Assembly (NCBI GenBank): GCA_044224875.1
Contig: JBGAJQ010000018.1
Location: 1-64,000, forward strand
Reading direction: 5' to 3'
DNA length: 64,000 bases
DNA from: Gemmatimonadaceae bacterium
GTDB lineage: Bacteria > Gemmatimonadota > Gemmatimonadetes > Gemmatimonadales > Gemmatimonadaceae
In this document: in pieces, positions 30,953 through 41,261 of the stretch
Layout of the letters: the number at the start of each line of letters is the position of its first letter
Position numbering within the stretch: position 1 is the first letter of the stretch
The notes under the pieces: model-generated
What the model was told of the DNA's origin: nothing
What the model saw: only the letters and a program-made list of their open reading frames with translations
The model's database searches: none
Program-made: the position numbers and the translations under genes

Positions 30953-32314
30953 AGCGAGTGGCGCCAGCACGTCTCGCATAGCGGCCATCAGGTCATTCAC
31001 ATCGCCTGACGTAGTCGCCGTGGAAACGGCGAACATTGCTCGAGAAGCACAAGCGAAGCCGCGGTTCAACAGGCCCAAGTGCAGCAAGCGGGTCGCCGAG
31101 CGGTCGCACTGCATGGCGTCGCGATAGTTCGCAATCGGGCCCTCGCAGAAGTGCAGGTGGGCGAGGGAGCCCACACCGGTCACGGTCGCCGTGATTCCGA
31201 CCTGATCGATCGCATCCTGCATCCCCGTTCGCAGAGCGGATCCCATCGCATCCAAGTCGCGCATCGTTTGTGGAGTCAACAGCTTCATCGCTGCGAGTCC
31301 GGCGGCCATGGTCAACGCGTTGCCGTTGAAGGTGCCGGAATGCGCAATGCTACCCTTTGACCGAGGATCGTAGACCGCCATGACGTCGGCGCGTCCGCCG
31401 AATGCGCCCACTGGTAATCCGCCCCCAATAATCTTGCCGAGCGTCGTCAGGTCAGGATGGATGCCGAAGAGCCCCTGGCCGCCGCCGTACCCGAGCCGAA
31501 GGGTGATGATCTCATCGAGGATCACCAGTACACCGGCCGCGTGTGCGGCGCGAACCAGCCCTTCGAGGAAGCCGGCGGTGGGCGGAATAACCCCCGCCGC
31601 GGTCATCGCCGGCTCCAACAGCACCGCGGCCAGCTCGTGAGCATGCGACTCGATCAGCCGAGTGACTGTGTCCAGGTCGTTGAAGGGCGCGACAAGCACC
31701 TCGGCGAGCATGCCGGGTGAAATACCCGGACCGCTGGGCACGCCGCGCGGAAAGTCCAACAGGGGTTCACTGGGCGCCACGCTCACCTGCGCGGCGTCGT
31801 AGCTTCCGTGGTAGCCACCCTCGAACTTGAGGATTCGTGAACGGCCAGTAAAGGCGCGTGCCGCGCGGATCGCGCCAAGGACGGCTTCTGTGCCGGAGTT
31901 GCAGAAGCGGAGCCGTTCAATCGAAGGGACGCGGCTCCGGATGACATCCGCCAGCTCCACCTGTAGTTCGTGGGCAAAGGGAAATGCCGTGCCTAACGCT
32001 GCACGCTCGACAATTGCCTGGGTAATGGCCGGATGTGCGTGGCCGTGAATAAGGGCGGTAAAGTTGCCGAGGAAATCCCGGTACTCGTTGCCGTCCGCGT
32101 CCCACATGTACGCTCCGCGGCCATGTGACATGCTGGTCGGGTACGGCAGGACGTAGGTGCCAGTTCGCGTATCCCCACCTGGCATCGCGCCAAGGGCACG
32201 CGTGTAGAGCTTTGCCGACGCAGGCGTGCGCGCGAGATAGCGCCGCTCTTCCGAGGCGAGGAGCACACCCAGCGGAGTTTCGACACCTGTGTTGCGGATG
32301 CCTGGCGTCGTCAT
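30950..32314 (-). CDS. Class III PLP aminotransferase (glutamate-1-semialdehyde aminomutase-like)
   Basis: FCNSGTEA, GGYHG, DEIIT, LGKIIGGGLPVGAFGG, HSGTFNGN. As sequenced the ORF runs on to 30587, but homology ends near 30955. Confidence 0.85.
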
Positions 32315-32513
32315 GGCGTTTCTCACCGAATTCTGAGGGCCGACTGTGCGGAACGGCGACGTCCCGCGACGAACTCCCCAACGGTGCGCGCCCGGTACGG
32401 ATTCGACAAGGGAGGGTCTGACGTTGTGGTTAGGCGTCGGTGAACGACGACCTCCCTGCGATTCGCCAGAATGCCTGCTGGACCGCCGCAATTTCCGCAG
32501 ATACGTTCGCTTG

Positions 32514-35144
32514 ATGTATCGACTTCTTTCACCCAGCCCACTGGTAGTCGCCGTCCTCGCCGCATGCCTCATGGCGGCGAACGCGGGCGCTCAAGGTCGC
32601 CCCGTACTGCAGCTCGATCCGCAGGATGGCGATCGTGGTGTCTTGCCTTGGGATAGGGGCGCCAGCGGACTACGGCAACGGCTGCTGGAATTGGGGACCG
32701 TCGCCAGTGTCATGGAGACGACAGCGCATCCCGACGATGAACAAGCCGGACTCCTGACCAACCTGTCGCGAGGCACTGGGGCGCGAACCGCCCTGTCGGT
32801 GCTGAACCGCGGCGAAGGGGGAGCGAACGCGACAGGTGATGAGTTGTTCGACGGACTCGGGCTGATCCGAACGCAAGAGTTGTTGCTGGCGGGAAGGTAC
32901 TATGGTCTGGATGACATCTACTTCACGTCGGCAGCTGACTACGGGTACTCCAAGACGATGGCCGAGGCTGCGCGGAGCTGGGACACCACGGCCATTCTCA
33001 GGGACATGGTGCGCATCATCCGCCGCAACCAACCGCTGGTGGTCATTTCGCGTTGGTACGGTGCCGAACGCGACGGCCATGGGCATCACCAACTGGCCGG
33101 CGCGCTCACGCCGTCGGCCGTTGACGCGGCGGCGGACTCCACCCGCTTCCCCGAACAATTGCACGTGGAGGGACTACGACCCTGGAAGGTGCTGCGACTG
33201 TTTCGTTCGAATGTCCCCTCCGGTCTGACGGCGCACGTAACGATCGACGCCAGTCGATTCGACCCATGGCTTGGCATGACCTACGACGACTTGGGGGCCG
33301 AAGGCTACGTGCGGCAAGCATCGCAGACGGGCGGCCGCCGAGGCGGCGGGGACCCGCGAGTCCAGCGACTCGAGCAACTTCGTGGGAGAAGGCCGTCGTC
33401 ACCCAATGACATCTTCTCGTCACTCGACCTCTCGGTGGGGCACCTGTTTACCCTGACGGGAGAGCGACAAGCGCCGGGCGTTGCGCAAGATCTGCTCGTG
33501 GTTCAGCGTGCCGCCGACATATCCCTCAGCACCTTCAATCCTGCCGAGCCTTGGCGGTCAGTGGACCAATTGCGGGTGGGACTGCACGCGCTCCGGCGGG
33601 TGTTGGCACGAACGGGGTCGTCCGCGCCGAGGGCGCGCTTCATGCTCGAGGTGAAGGAACGTCAATTCGAGCGCGCGATCGTTGCTGCTCTGGCGATCGA
33701 CGCGTCGGCAATCGCCGTGAGTGGATTCGGGGATGGCAGGCCAGTGACCCCGGGAGAGTCACTCACTGTCGAGCTGACGGTGCGACATGGAGCGCCGGTG
33801 ACGCTCAGGCTGAGCCGGAGTCGATTGGAGTCCGTGAGTGGTTGGGTGACTCCCGCGCCGAGTTCGGCCGAGGTGGCCCGCGGCGTCGCGTGGCGCGATA
33901 CCGTTCGAATTCTCGTACCGTCAGAGGCCCCTCCGGATCGTCCGGCCTTCACTCGTTCGAGCATTGCGAGCGCGCAGTACGCGTGGCGGAATGGAGTCCC
34001 TTCGCACGAGGCGCTCCCCATCCCAACATTGGTGTGCGAGTTCGTTCTCGACGTTGGCGGCGAACCGGTGACGTTTCGGCGTACCGTCAGATCTAGACGA
34101 TCCTACGCCTTGGATGGGACCTCATCGCCGCCACTCGTCGTGGTGCCGCCCGTATCCCTGCGTCTGGTTCCCGGGGTCCGCGTCGTCCACGGTGACAGCG
34201 CGACGCAACTGTCGGTTGCGGTTGAGGTGACGGGGAACGCGCCATCGGGCGTTACGGCCGACATCGCACTGCAGGCACCGGCAGCGACGGCTGCTCGCGC
34301 CGTTCAACGCGCGCAACTGGCGTTCGGTGAGCGACGGACCATCCCGTTCTCGCTGACGATGCCCGCTGGCGTGGATTCACTGGTCGTCCGTGCCACCGCA
34401 CGCGTGAAGGATCGAGTGTGGACCGACCAGCTGAACGTGCTCTCGCATGCCGGCCTGGAGCCAGCCTACCTGTACGCGACGCCTGCGACCATCGTACGTC
34501 GCATCGACGTTCGCTTACGCGAGGGTCTCAAGGTCGGCTATGTGATGGGCGTCGGCGACTTGGTGCCAGAGGCGATTGCGGAGCTCGGTGCAGAGGTGTC
34601 GCTCCTGGACGCCGCAGCGGTTGCGGCTGGCGATTTTTCGTCATTCGATGCAGTCGTGATCGGCACACGGGCGTACTCTGTGCGTCCTGAGCTTGCAGGG
34701 GCCGCAGCTGCCCTCCGCCGTTATGCCGAGAACGGTGGGGAGGTGGTGGTGTTGTATCAAACGCCAGATGCCAACTTGGCGACGAGCGCCCCATTCTACG
34801 TCGAGCTTCCGAACGATGCGGAGGAGATCTCGGAGGAGGACGCCCCCGTGCAGCTGCTGGATGCAGCGGCACCGTTGCTTACGTCACCGAATCGGATCAC
34901 GTCTTCTGACTTCGACGGTTGGGTCGAGCAACGCGGTTCGAAATTCCTGCGGCAGTGGGGCCCAGAGTTCACGCCGCTGATCGAAAGCCACGACAGCGGA
35001 CAAGCGCCGCAGCGAGGCATCTGGGTGACCGCGGATGTTGGAGCTGGCCGCTGGACCTACGTTTCCCTCGCGCTCCATAGGCAGCTGCCATTTGGCGTGC
35101 CCGGCGCCTATCGCATTCTGGCGAACCTGCTCTCGCGGCGCTGA
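32514..35144 (+). CDS. Secreted PIG-L/LmbE family deacetylase with C-terminal accessory domains
   Basis: Signal peptide; AHPDDE, RGEGGAN, DYGYSK, GHGHH; C-terminal GYVMGVGD, GWVEQRG, RQLPFGVPGAYRILANL. Confidence 0.88.
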   Translation: MYRLLSPSPLVVAVLAACLMAANAGAQGRPVLQLDPQDGDRGVLPWDRGASGLRQRLLELGTVASVMETTAHPDDEQAGLLTNLSRGTGARTALSVLNRGEGGANATGDELFDGLGLIRTQELLLAGRYYGLDDIYFTSAADYGYSKTMAEAARSWDTTAILRDMVRIIRRNQPLVVISRWYGAERDGHGHHQLAGALTPSAVDAAADSTRFPEQLHVEGLRPWKVLRLFRSNVPSGLTAHVTIDASRFDPWLGMTYDDLGAEGYVRQASQTGGRRGGGDPRVQRLEQLRGRRPSSPNDIFSSLDLSVGHLFTLTGERQAPGVAQDLLVVQRAADISLSTFNPAEPWRSVDQLRVGLHALRRVLARTGSSAPRARFMLEVKERQFERAIVAALAIDASAIAVSGFGDGRPVTPGESLTVELTVRHGAPVTLRLSRSRLESVSGWVTPAPSSAEVARGVAWRDTVRILVPSEAPPDRPAFTRSSIASAQYAWRNGVPSHEALPIPTLVCEFVLDVGGEPVTFRRTVRSRRSYALDGTSSPPLVVVPPVSLRLVPGVRVVHGDSATQLSVAVEVTGNAPSGVTADIALQAPAATAARAVQRAQLAFGERRTIPFSLTMPAGVDSLVVRATARVKDRVWTDQLNVLSHAGLEPAYLYATPATIVRRIDVRLREGLKVGYVMGVGDLVPEAIAELGAEVSLLDAAAVAAGDFSSFDAVVIGTRAYSVRPELAGAAAALRRYAENGGEVVVLYQTPDANLATSAPFYVELPNDAEEISEEDAPVQLLDAAAPLLTSPNRITSSDFDGWVEQRGSKFLRQWGPEFTPLIESHDSGQAPQRGIWVTADVGAGRWTYVSLALHRQLPFGVPGAYRILANLLSRR

Positions 35145-35173
35145 CGTCGCCACGCGGGTGCAGGCCGGCCGGA

Positions 35174-35213
35174 CGACAACGGGGGGCCGCGATGACGCGA
35201 CCCCCCGTTGTCG
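35174..35213. terminator. Hairpin between the convergent PIG-L and amidohydrolase genes
   Basis: CGACAACGGGGGG…CCCCCCGTTGTCG inverted repeat. Confidence 0.7.
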
Positions 35214-35224
35214 CAGGCAGCCGT

Positions 35225-36853
35225 TTACTGGGCGACCGGCTTCACCGTCGGATACTTGATGCCTAACTGCTCCAGGTATGATTTGTACTTGCTCGGGTCG
35301 TAGTAGTACTTCCGCATCTCGGGGCGATACTTCTCCATGATGTCGGCATTCAACCAGGTCGGTGGGCCGTCATTCGGGCCAAGGAACGACTTGTACTTCG
35401 TTGTCTTTGTCTGCACGTCGTTGAAGTAGGTCCACGCATCGGCCACGACTTGTGGCTTGAGCAAGATATCCAGCAACGTGAGTGCCTGGACCTTGGCCCC
35501 CGCCACGCCGCCCTTGTGCGCGATCGGTGTGGCCATGGAAATGCCGTTGGCCCAGTTGTGGCCCGGCATTCCCGGGATGTTCGACGGGTAGCGCAGGGTC
35601 ACCGTCGGGACATTCCAGGACACGTCGCCGATATCGTCCGACCCGCCGCCTAACGACCGTGACATGTCGACTGGGCCGGACAGTGAGTCGATTTCCGTTT
35701 CCAGACCCTGCTCCTTGACGCCCAATTCGTGCTGAATCCCCTTGGCGAGCGCGACATCGTTGGCGTCCCACGTTGGCAGGCCGACACGCTTGATGTTCTC
35801 GTACGTCTGCTCGGCGATCACCTTGTTGAAGTGCCCGGACCATGCCGACCCAAGGATCATCACCGTGTCCAACTGCGTGTCCGTCATCAGGGCAGCGCCC
35901 TGCGCAATGCGCTTGGCGGCCGAGAACATCGTTTGCACGCGATCGTAGTCGCGTTCGCGCAGGTAGAACCAGATCGATGCGGTTTGGGGGACGACATTGG
36001 GTTGGTCGCCACCATCCTTGATGACGTAGTGCGAACGCTGTGCGGGCTCCATGTGCTCACGATGGAACTCCCACCCCTGACCCATGAGCATGACGGCATC
36101 CAGCGCCGACCGGCCGCGCCACGGCGCGCCAGCGGCGTGGGCGGTCGCACCCTTGAACTTGAACATCACGGAAACAATCGCGTTGGACCCCGACTGCCCC
36201 CAGGAGACGCCGAGGTTGTTGCCGACGTGCGTGAAGAGGCAGATGTCCACGTCCTTGAAGACGCCAGCTCGAATGAGGTGCGCCTTGCCCGCCACGGCTT
36301 CTTCCGCGACGCCGGGCCAGATCTTGAGCGTGCCCTGCAGGTGCTCGCGCTCCATGATCTCCTTGACGACCAACGCGGCGGCGATGTTGACCGCCTGACC
36401 GGAGTTATGACCCTCACCGTGCCCGGGGGCGCCGGGGATGAGCCATTCCTTGTAGCCGAAGGCTGGCTTCTGGTTCGACTGCGGAATGCCGTCGATGTCC
36501 GAGCCTAACGCGATCACGGGCTTGCCGGAGCCCCAGGTCGCCACAAAGGCGGTCGGCATCCCGGCGACCCCGCGTTCCACCTTGAAGCCGTTCTGCTCCA
36601 GCAGGTTGGTGAGATACTTCGAGGTTTCGAACTCCTGCATGCCGAGTTCGCCGAACGAGTAGACCTGGTCGATCATCTGCTGCACGAGCGTGGCTCGCTG
36701 ATCGACCTTCTGCATCGCTTCAGCTTTCAACTTCTCGATGCGTGGGTCGGCCTTGGCCGGAGCTGGCTTCTTTCCACCCTGGGCCATGCCTGGTGCGGTG
36801 CACACCAAGGAGAGCAGGGCGGTCGCGATGAATCTGGAAGAACGGCGCGTCAT
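35225..36853 (-). CDS. M20 amidohydrolase, AbgB-like (paralog A), with signal peptide
   Basis: ELGMQEFETS, GHGEGHNSG, GVAEE, AHAAGAPWRGRSALDA, DGGDQPNVVP, GSDDIGDVSW. Confidence 0.88.
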   Translation of the reverse strand: MTRRSSRFIATALLSLVCTAPGMAQGGKKPAPAKADPRIEKLKAEAMQKVDQRATLVQQMIDQVYSFGELGMQEFETSKYLTNLLEQNGFKVERGVAGMPTAFVATWGSGKPVIALGSDIDGIPQSNQKPAFGYKEWLIPGAPGHGEGHNSGQAVNIAAALVVKEIMEREHLQGTLKIWPGVAEEAVAGKAHLIRAGVFKDVDICLFTHVGNNLGVSWGQSGSNAIVSVMFKFKGATAHAAGAPWRGRSALDAVMLMGQGWEFHREHMEPAQRSHYVIKDGGDQPNVVPQTASIWFYLRERDYDRVQTMFSAAKRIAQGAALMTDTQLDTVMILGSAWSGHFNKVIAEQTYENIKRVGLPTWDANDVALAKGIQHELGVKEQGLETEIDSLSGPVDMSRSLGGGSDDIGDVSWNVPTVTLRYPSNIPGMPGHNWANGISMATPIAHKGGVAGAKVQALTLLDILLKPQVVADAWTYFNDVQTKTTKYKSFLGPNDGPPTWLNADIMEKYRPEMRKYYYDPSKYKSYLEQLGIKYPTVKPVAQ

Positions 36854-36895
36854 GGTGACAGGAAAGGGAGAGGGGAGAGAGCGGAGCGACAAACG

Positions 36896-38518
36896 TTATT
36901 GCACGGATTTCACGGTGGGATACGTGATCCCCAGCTGTTCCAGGTACGTCTTGTACTTCGTTGGATCGTAATAGAACTTGCGCATCGCCGGCCGATATCG
37001 CTCCATGATGTCGGCATTGAGCCAGATGGGCGGTCCATCGTTAGGTCCGAGAAAGGACTTGTACTTGATGGTCTTCGTCTGGACGTTGGTGAAGTAGTCC
37101 CATGCGTCGGCCACGATCTTTGGCGTGAGCATGAGGTCCAGTAGCGTCAGCGCCTGCACCTTCGCACCAGCCAAGGCACCCTTGTGCGCGATGGGCGTGG
37201 CCATGGAAATCCCATTCGCCCAGTTATGACCCGGCAGGCCAGGGATATTTGACGGATACCCTAGCGTTACGGTTGGCACGCTCCACGAGACATCGCCGAT
37301 GTCGTCGGAAGCGCCGAACGTCACATTCTCCGGAAATGGACCAGCGAGCGGTGGAAGCTCGCTCGTCAAGCCAGAGGTTGGCATGCCGAGCTCCTTTTGC
37401 AGGGCACGCGCCAATGTCTGGTCATTCGAGTCCCACGCGGGCATTCCAACACGCGTGATGTTTCGATAGGTCGCTTCGGCGACGGCCTTGTTCATGTGCG
37501 GATTCCAGGCCGATCCCAGGATCATCACCGTATCCAGCTGGGTGTCTGTCATCAACGCAGCGCCCTGGGCGATCCGTTTGGCGGCCGCGAACATGTCCTG
37601 CACGTGGTCGTAGTCGCGTTCGCGGAGATAGAACCAGATACTCGCGGTCTGCGGCACCACGTTAGGCTGGTCACCGCCATCCTTGATGACGTAGTGAGAG
37701 CGCTGTATCGGTTCCATGTGCTCGCGGTGGTACTCCCAGCCTTGTCCCATGAGCATCACCGCATCGAGCGCTGACTTGCCGCGCCATGGTGCGGCCGCCG
37801 CGTGCGCTGTCGCGCCCTTGAACCTGAACATCACCGACAAATTGGCCGTGAGTGGCATCCGGCCCCAGGAGACCGCGAGCATGTCGCCGACGTGGGTGAA
37901 CAAGTTCACGTCTACGTCCTTGAACACACCGGCACGCACCAGATGCGCCTTCCCCGCGATCGCCTCCTCCGCAACGCCCGGCCACAACTTCAGGGTGCCC
38001 GGGATCTTCTCGCGTTCCATCAGCTCCTTCACGGCAATCGCGGCGACGATGTTCACCGCCTGGCCCGAATTGTGTCCCTCGCCATGTCCAGGTGCGGACG
38101 CAACGATCGGGTCCCGATATCCCGTTCCAGGCTTCTGGTTGGATTGCGGGATCCCGTCGATATCCGAACCAAGGGCAATGACTGGCTTCCCCGAGCCCCA
38201 CGTCGCCACCCACGCGGTAGGCATTCCGGCGACGCCGCGCTCTACACGGAATCCATTCTGCTCGAGTATCCCCGTCAGGTACTTCGAGGTCTCGAATTCC
38301 TGCATTCCCAGTTCGCCAAACGAAAAAACCTGATCTACGATCTCCTGCACCAGTTTCGCGCGCGCATCGACCGATTTGAGGGCCTCGGCTTTCAGGCGTT
38401 CAAGCCGCGGGTCGTCCGGCGCTGATGCATTCTTCTTTTGCGCTGGAAGGGTCGGGGGATGCACCAACGTCGCGCACGCCATGGCCACCACGACGCGTCG
38501 CACGACTGACATCTGCAT
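36896..38518 (-). CDS. M20 amidohydrolase, AbgB-like (paralog B), with signal peptide
   Basis: Same motifs as paralog A; GAGGA RBS before ATG 38518. Confidence 0.88.
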   Translation of the reverse strand: MQMSVVRRVVVAMACATLVHPPTLPAQKKNASAPDDPRLERLKAEALKSVDARAKLVQEIVDQVFSFGELGMQEFETSKYLTGILEQNGFRVERGVAGMPTAWVATWGSGKPVIALGSDIDGIPQSNQKPGTGYRDPIVASAPGHGEGHNSGQAVNIVAAIAVKELMEREKIPGTLKLWPGVAEEAIAGKAHLVRAGVFKDVDVNLFTHVGDMLAVSWGRMPLTANLSVMFRFKGATAHAAAAPWRGKSALDAVMLMGQGWEYHREHMEPIQRSHYVIKDGGDQPNVVPQTASIWFYLRERDYDHVQDMFAAAKRIAQGAALMTDTQLDTVMILGSAWNPHMNKAVAEATYRNITRVGMPAWDSNDQTLARALQKELGMPTSGLTSELPPLAGPFPENVTFGASDDIGDVSWSVPTVTLGYPSNIPGLPGHNWANGISMATPIAHKGALAGAKVQALTLLDLMLTPKIVADAWDYFTNVQTKTIKYKSFLGPNDGPPIWLNADIMERYRPAMRKFYYDPTKYKTYLEQLGITYPTVKSVQ

Positions 38519-38713
38519 GGTCGTTCCTCGCAGAAACGGTGAGGTTTGGGGGAGTCCACTGAAGCATAGCGATACGAACATGCGCATCGCTTTCGCGCAA
38601 TTGCAACGTTGCGGGCGCGCGACCGCCGCTCGTGATCCTTCGATGCGACGTCGATCAGAGCACGGTCTGCGTACGCTCCGCGACTCGAAGTGTCTCGCGC
38701 TTCGCCGGACGGG

Positions 38714-40099
38714 TTACGGCTGGCGTTCCTCTGGCGTTGACGTCGGAGAATCGCTCGTTGTGACTGGCGGCAATTGCGTGAGCAGGCTGGAGCGCGAACG
38801 TCCGGGCAGGCGTTGGCCGAGCCGGGTGGATGTCTGCGGTTCAGGCGACGCAGCGGTGCGCACGTCTACGGGGCGTCGCATGAATGGTTTGGGAGCGCCG
38901 GACGCTTTCGATTCGGCGCCCAGCGAGCCGGTCGCGTTCGCCGCGTCGGCGCGCGGGCGCGTTCGCGCTGGAGGCAGTCGAGGGGTGCGACTTTTCACGT
39001 CTCTCGCACCAGCTGGCAGGTCGCTTCGCGCGGCGGGAAGAATCGTGAGACGCGGCCCTTCGTCGGGATACGGCGAATGGCCAGCTGGATTCGGAGGGCC
39101 CGCGTTCGAGGGGGCGGGACCCGAAGACAGCGCGCTGCTCGGCCACCACGCCGACGGGACGCCGGCGTGCGGCTCCACCGGCGAAGTTGTGCCTGACGAC
39201 GGTCGAGGCTCGGGGTCATCGAACACCCAGTAGGCCGCGGCGTCTTCCAACGTTCGTGCCGACTCGCCAGGGGGCTCCGCCGTGAAGCTCCCTCTTTCTC
39301 CAGTCATCCCAGGTCCGTCGGCGGAGTGTCCGAGCGTGGTGGGTGAGAGGTCGACCGGGAGTTCCGTGCTGATCACTGGCGAGGAGGCGCGCGCAGGCTC
39401 CATGCGCTGGACGGTCACGGCGTCATGTGAGCACCGGCATCCCGCGGCTTCGGCCAGGTCCAACAAGTAGCGTTCGCCAGCTCCAACCGCACGAGCCACG
39501 GTAAAGACGGTCTCTGGCGCCACGTCGCGCAGGATGGCCCGCGCATGGGCGAACAGCCAGTCCGAATTCGGCGCGCCACCTGGCCGCGATGCAAAACGGC
39601 TGCGGTCGGCGGGGAGGATGTCGTCGAAGTGGTCGGGCTCGAGGAGCGGGGAGAGGCCGGCCTTGTGAAGGCGTGTCACAAACGCCTCGGGTGAGACGTG
39701 TTCGTCGATCTCCGGGCTTTGCCCTCCGGGGCACGCGCCCACATACGTCACCGCGATGTCATGCGGCGCGAACCCCGCCCGAACATAGCGAGCCGCGGCG
39801 ATCGGCGGCGATACCGAAAGGCAGCGGCCAACCGCGCGTGTCTGATCCGCGGCCGCGCTCGACAGCACGTACGGACAGTGGAGAAGGAGCGAGGCGCCGG
39901 GTGGATTTGCGGCCATGTGCTCCCCCGCATGTTGTGCGATCAATTCGTCGCCCCAACTGCTCGGCGCAACAAACGCGAATCCCGCAGCCATGCAAGCACG
40001 AGCCAATTGAATCGGCGTCGCCGGTCGTGCGGCGACGAGCGCGTCATTGCCAAGAATGACGACGCGGCTCCGCTCGATCGAAGACTTGAGGCTCTGCAT
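38714..40099 (-). CDS. Hypothetical protein: degenerate [FeFe]-hydrogenase large-subunit-like N-terminal domain plus low-complexity Pro/Ser/Arg tail
   Basis: AGFAFV…WGDELIA, HCPYV, SPPIAAARYVR, VTYVGACP, AGCRC follow the order of Fe_hyd_lg_C elements. Confidence 0.5.
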   Translation of the reverse strand: MQSLKSSIERSRVVILGNDALVAARPATPIQLARACMAAGFAFVAPSSWGDELIAQHAGEHMAANPPGASLLLHCPYVLSSAAADQTRAVGRCLSVSPPIAAARYVRAGFAPHDIAVTYVGACPGGQSPEIDEHVSPEAFVTRLHKAGLSPLLEPDHFDDILPADRSRFASRPGGAPNSDWLFAHARAILRDVAPETVFTVARAVGAGERYLLDLAEAAGCRCSHDAVTVQRMEPARASSPVISTELPVDLSPTTLGHSADGPGMTGERGSFTAEPPGESARTLEDAAAYWVFDDPEPRPSSGTTSPVEPHAGVPSAWWPSSALSSGPAPSNAGPPNPAGHSPYPDEGPRLTILPAARSDLPAGARDVKSRTPRLPPARTRPRADAANATGSLGAESKASGAPKPFMRRPVDVRTAASPEPQTSTRLGQRLPGRSRSSLLTQLPPVTTSDSPTSTPEERQP

Positions 40100-40265
40100 G
40101 TCGATAGGCGCAGGTCCGAAGGCGAAAACATGGAGCGAACGTCTCGCGAGGCCCCACGCCCGAGCCTCTTCACTGTCGCCCCCAGAAGCTACTCGCCGCC
40201 GCCAGTCGCGTCAGGTGTGGTACAGGCCTGACACCGACGCGGGAGCGCCGCTACAATTGGGAACT

Positions 40266-41261
40266 ATGATCGATGTCGTGGCGCTCGCGGCAGAATTGCT
40301 CGCAATCGAATCGCCGACTGGCGGCGAAGGGAAGGCCGTCGACTACGTCTCGCGATGGCTGGTATCCCGCGGATGGAACGTCACCGTTCAGGAGGTCTCG
40401 CCGGGACGGGGCAATGTATGGGCATCCCGGGCTGGCGGAGGAGTGACGCTTTCGAGCCACTTGGACACGGTCCCGCCTTACATCCCCCCGCGACTGGCTC
40501 GGGACCGTCTGTATGGACGTGGTGCTTGTGACGCCAAGGGCATCGTCGCCGCGATGCTGGCGGCGTCCGACGTGCTGACCGCCGAGGGCGAAGAGCGCAT
40601 CGATCTCCTCTTTGTGGTCGGTGAGGAGAAAGGCTCGGACGGAGCGCGCGCAGCCAACCGGCTGCCAGCGACGTCACGCTTTCTGGTGAACGGCGAGCCC
40701 ACCGAAAGTAAGCTCGCTGTGGGCGCCAAGGGGTCGTTGCGTGTTCACCTGAGAACACGTGGTAAGGAAGCGCACTCCGCATATCCGCACCTTGGCCAGT
40801 CGGCAATCGAGCCGATGTTGGCGCTCCTGCCCACGATACACGGCGTCCGGTGGCCCGTCGATCCCAAACTCGGCGAAACCACGGTGAACATCGGAACGAT
40901 TCACGGCGGCACCGAGGCGAACATCATTCCTGGCGCGTGCGAAGTGGAGCTGATGTTCCGCCTCGTCGGCGATGTCAGCGAGGTCAAGCAGCGGCTGGAG
41001 GCGTGGGTCGGAGATCGCGCCGAATTGTCCTACGGCTCGCACATTCCGGCGCAGAACTTTCACACCATTTCCGGCTTCGACGCTGCCCCGGTCGCCTATA
41101 CCTCGGACATCCCCTTGCTCGATCGTTGGGGAACACCGCTGTTGTTCGGGCCCGGATCCATACATGTCGCGCACACGCCCGACGAACACATCGACGTCAG
41201 TGAGTTGCGAGCGGCCGTGAACGCGTATGCGCGAATTGTTCGCGCCCTACTCACCTCATGA
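40266..41261 (+). CDS. M20 family deacylase (ArgE/DapE-like)
   Basis: SHLDTVP, GRGACDAKG, GEEKGSDG, GEPT, AHTPDE; first gene of the dap cluster. Confidence 0.88.
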   Translation: MIDVVALAAELLAIESPTGGEGKAVDYVSRWLVSRGWNVTVQEVSPGRGNVWASRAGGGVTLSSHLDTVPPYIPPRLARDRLYGRGACDAKGIVAAMLAASDVLTAEGEERIDLLFVVGEEKGSDGARAANRLPATSRFLVNGEPTESKLAVGAKGSLRVHLRTRGKEAHSAYPHLGQSAIEPMLALLPTIHGVRWPVDPKLGETTVNIGTIHGGTEANIIPGACEVELMFRLVGDVSEVKQRLEAWVGDRAELSYGSHIPAQNFHTISGFDAAPVAYTSDIPLLDRWGTPLLFGPGSIHVAHTPDEHIDVSELRAAVNAYARIVRALLTS

